Shown here piece after piece: positions 61,193-64,000 of a stretch of 64,000 nt of DNA. A model generated the notes under the pieces. The model searched no databases and was not told the DNA's origin. It worked only from the letters and a program-made list of their open reading frames with translations. A program made the position numbers and the translations under genes. Source of the DNA: Lytechinus pictus (taxonomy: Eukaryota); the NCBI RefSeq assembly GCF_037042905.1, contig NC_087245.1, forward strand, positions 7,690,001 to 7,754,000. Reading direction: 5' to 3'. How positions within the stretch are numbered: the first letter of the stretch is position 1; each line of letters opens with the position of its first letter.

Positions 61193-63519
61193 GTACGTAC
61201 GTATACAGTATGTATACTATTGGTTGATTTACACTGCTGTATGTAGTATATATATGTCCTTACTATTCTGGTTTAGTTTAGGTGAAATCATTGTAAAAAA
61301 AAAGTTAGAGCTACGTGACTGCCTGAATCTATATATGATTCTGTTTTTTTAATGATATATAACAATTAACATTGCAATAAAGTTTGAGAGGATATAAATT
61401 CAATTTTCATAAATTTGTAATTGTACACAGATGTCGAGTCTACACTGTGTAGCTACAATTAATTGACTATAAATCGCAACCTAAATTAAATGTGATAAGA
61501 TCAGTTGCACTGTCAACGAGTAACATCGTTGGTGTGTGTAATATTGCCCTACATGTTCACATGCAGTTGATATTAAATTTTAATATTAGAATACATATAT
61601 CATACATATTATACTTGTGCTTTGTGGAAGAAGATTGAGCTTGGACAAAAGCTAGACCTGGAAACTTTGCTGCAGCTTTCTACATTTTTCCAGTACATCC
61701 AGTAATAGGGTGATATAATTTGTGTGATTATACTCTACGTCTATGACTGAGGAGTGTGGGAGGGGATATAGGTTTTCACAGGACGATCTCGGTTGGAACT
61801 TCAGAGTAAATTTGTTTTGTCAAAGAGTAATTTCTGATTGGAACAGACTGCCTAGAAGTAGTGGAAGCCAAATCAGTGGAAGGTTTAATCATCTGTTGGA
61901 CAAGTTTTGGAAGATTTAAAACCTCCATTTCTCAATGAACATACATTTAAAGTTTCACAAGTTCAAACTGTCTAGATAATTGTCAATTACCAGAAGTAAA
62001 GACTGGAAAAACCTACAGGAGAAGTCCTTCATTTCCATACCTGATACTTGTGATGTGATGTGATGGGGCATTTGTGCATCATAACACAAACTTGTTTTTA
62101 TATTTTTTTTCCGATGAAATGTAAATATAAAGAAAATGAGTTATGTAACTACAACTACATTGTAGGCCTGTATTGAGTCAGGATAACCTGGTACATGTAT
62201 GTATGTGATGAGTCAATACCGAGAAATACAGTTGATTATTTTAGGTTGTTTAAAGAACTAGGCCTATCTCTTTACATTATGTATCAAGACACTTGTCAGT
62301 GTGATTGGGCCTGTAGGTAAATAAACAGGGAAGAAAATAGACTGTCCATATTTGCTCAGATATAGGCCTACTGTGTACAAGGTTGTAATTGCACTCAGCA
62401 ACTTCCAAATCCAAATTGATGCTGGACCTGTAACATAATTGTTTATGTAGAATGGCAAATAGTTATGAAAGAACCACTCTGATTGGTCCCTGGTCGGTGC
62501 TTTGAAAAAAGTCCACATATACAGTGATGATCTTGCGTCTTGTGTCCCAGAAAACATGGAAATGTACAGGTAATTCAGTGTATTTTTTTTGCTATCATGA
62601 TCATACCGGTAATCATAATTTGCTTCATGTATATACATTACTGGGAAGATATTCCTCTCTTTTCATGACTGAGTTAGAACAATAGAAAGTGATCAATGCA
62701 ACCAAAGTTTCATTTGCACAAGCAAATTCTGATTTTGAGTGTTCTTTTTCTGGCTTTTGCTGCTATCTATTCGTAAACAAAGTTCACAATGTAAACGTAA
62801 TACTTTTTTTGTTAGGTATGAGACTTTAAGTGTAAGTTATGCATGGTCAAGAAAAAGTTGCATGAAAACATGCTAAAATGTCAAGTTCATCCCAGAAAAA
62901 TGTTGCTTTGAATAACTATAACAATCAAACAAACCTGTACCTATTTGAAAACACTGAAAATTTCATCAAAATTGGATGTAAAATAAGAAAGTTTATATGA
63001 CATTTTCAAATTTTGCTTATTTTTCACAGCACAACACAGTGATAAGAGAGTCAAATTATGTCCCTACGTGTAACTCACTATTTCTTTTGCTTTTTTATTA
63101 TTTGAATTATAATACAATATTTCTATTCTTTTTTTATAGATTTGACAATAAGGACCAACTTGACCCAACCACAAAAGTAATTTTACATGTTCTGGGAGCA
63201 ATAAAACTTATTTTTACATGACAGAGAAAAAAAAGAGAAAAAAGTTCAAAACAGAAAGAGAAGGGGGTTGGAAGTCTTATCAATTTAGAAAAAATACTGT
63301 TACTCAGTTAGTACATTATAAGGGAAAGATGTCTTTATAACAGTGCATTGAGTAATAATAGTAAACAATACCAACTTTGTCTGTGTGTGAATTGAGAAAG
63401 AACCAAAACTACAAAATGATACTTATTATATTATGCTGTCAATGTACATGTATCTGTAAGCAAGGCGAAATGAGGTCAATATGTTAATCAATTCTAAATT
63501 GTGCTGGACCTGTACAAAG

Positions 63520-64000
63520 GGCTTGTATTCAGGTCAATGTTAAAGTTTTATATGTGCAAGACTTTCTTATGGCACATAACTCTGCAACCGTTAGTCACTT
63601 TTCAACCAAGCTTGGAAGGTAGATGTACCTAGGATACCTGCATATTATGCTCCAGTCGGAGGTCACATGGTAAGGTCAAAGGTCATTTTCAGGTGAACGT
63701 TAATAGTTTGTGCAAGACTCTCTTATGACACATAACTCCACAACCGTAAGTCACTTTCCAACCAAACTTGGAAGGTACAGTAGATGTACATGTACAGGGG
63801 ACCTGCATGTTATGCTCCAGTCAGAGGTCACATGGTAAGGTCAGAGGTCATTTTCAAGTCAACATAAAAGTTTACGTGCAAGATTATTACACATACAGTA
63901 ACTCCGCAACCGTAATTAATTTTTCACCCAAACTTGAGTTGTAGATGTACTTAGGAGACCTGCATATCATGGCGCAGTCAGAGGTCCCATGGTATACAGG
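63520..64000 (+). repeat. ~160-170-bp tandem repeat of the Helentron-core type, runs off the window
   Basis: Three units with GAGGTCACATGGTAAGGTCA(A/G)AGGTCA-type and CAACCGT motifs. Confidence 0.75.

Noticed and set aside
62816..62840. TTTTTTTGTTAG as acceptor of DGK exon 2
   Set aside because: The phase-1 reading stops within a few codons and does not complete the C1 domain.

Overview
Eukaryotic, AT-rich, transposon-dense animal DNA. The repeat families suggest a marine invertebrate, probably a sea urchin, but that is inference. Host genes: a complete 5-exon clathrin light chain gene (+, 344-20613, 225 aa, 17.2-kb first intron, candidate 12-nt alternative microexon) and the first coding exon of a diacylglycerol kinase theta-like gene (+, 61015-61192). 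Most other sequence is nested mobile DNA: a decayed CR1/L2-type LINE, several Helentron-type non-autonomous elements with internal tandem repeats, MITEs (hAT-, Tc1-, Kolobok-, Sola- and Harbinger-like), a near-complete L1/Tx1 element (intact ORF2, MITE-interrupted ORF1, 4.4-kb inter-ORF spacer) inside a Harbinger-like element, and a 16.6-kb CACTA/EnSpm-type element with satellite-like subterminal arrays and a decayed SAMD3-like gene. The most unusual observations are (1) a ~170-bp SINE-like insertion with a 7SL-RNA (Alu-domain) head and a Deu/Nin-like body, (2) copy-to-copy evidence that TA-NNN(N)-TA motifs are insertions resembling transposon excision footprints, with two islands packed with such motifs, and (3) the microexon at the position of the vertebrate neuronal insert. 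All comparisons to known families are from memory and by eye; no searches were run.
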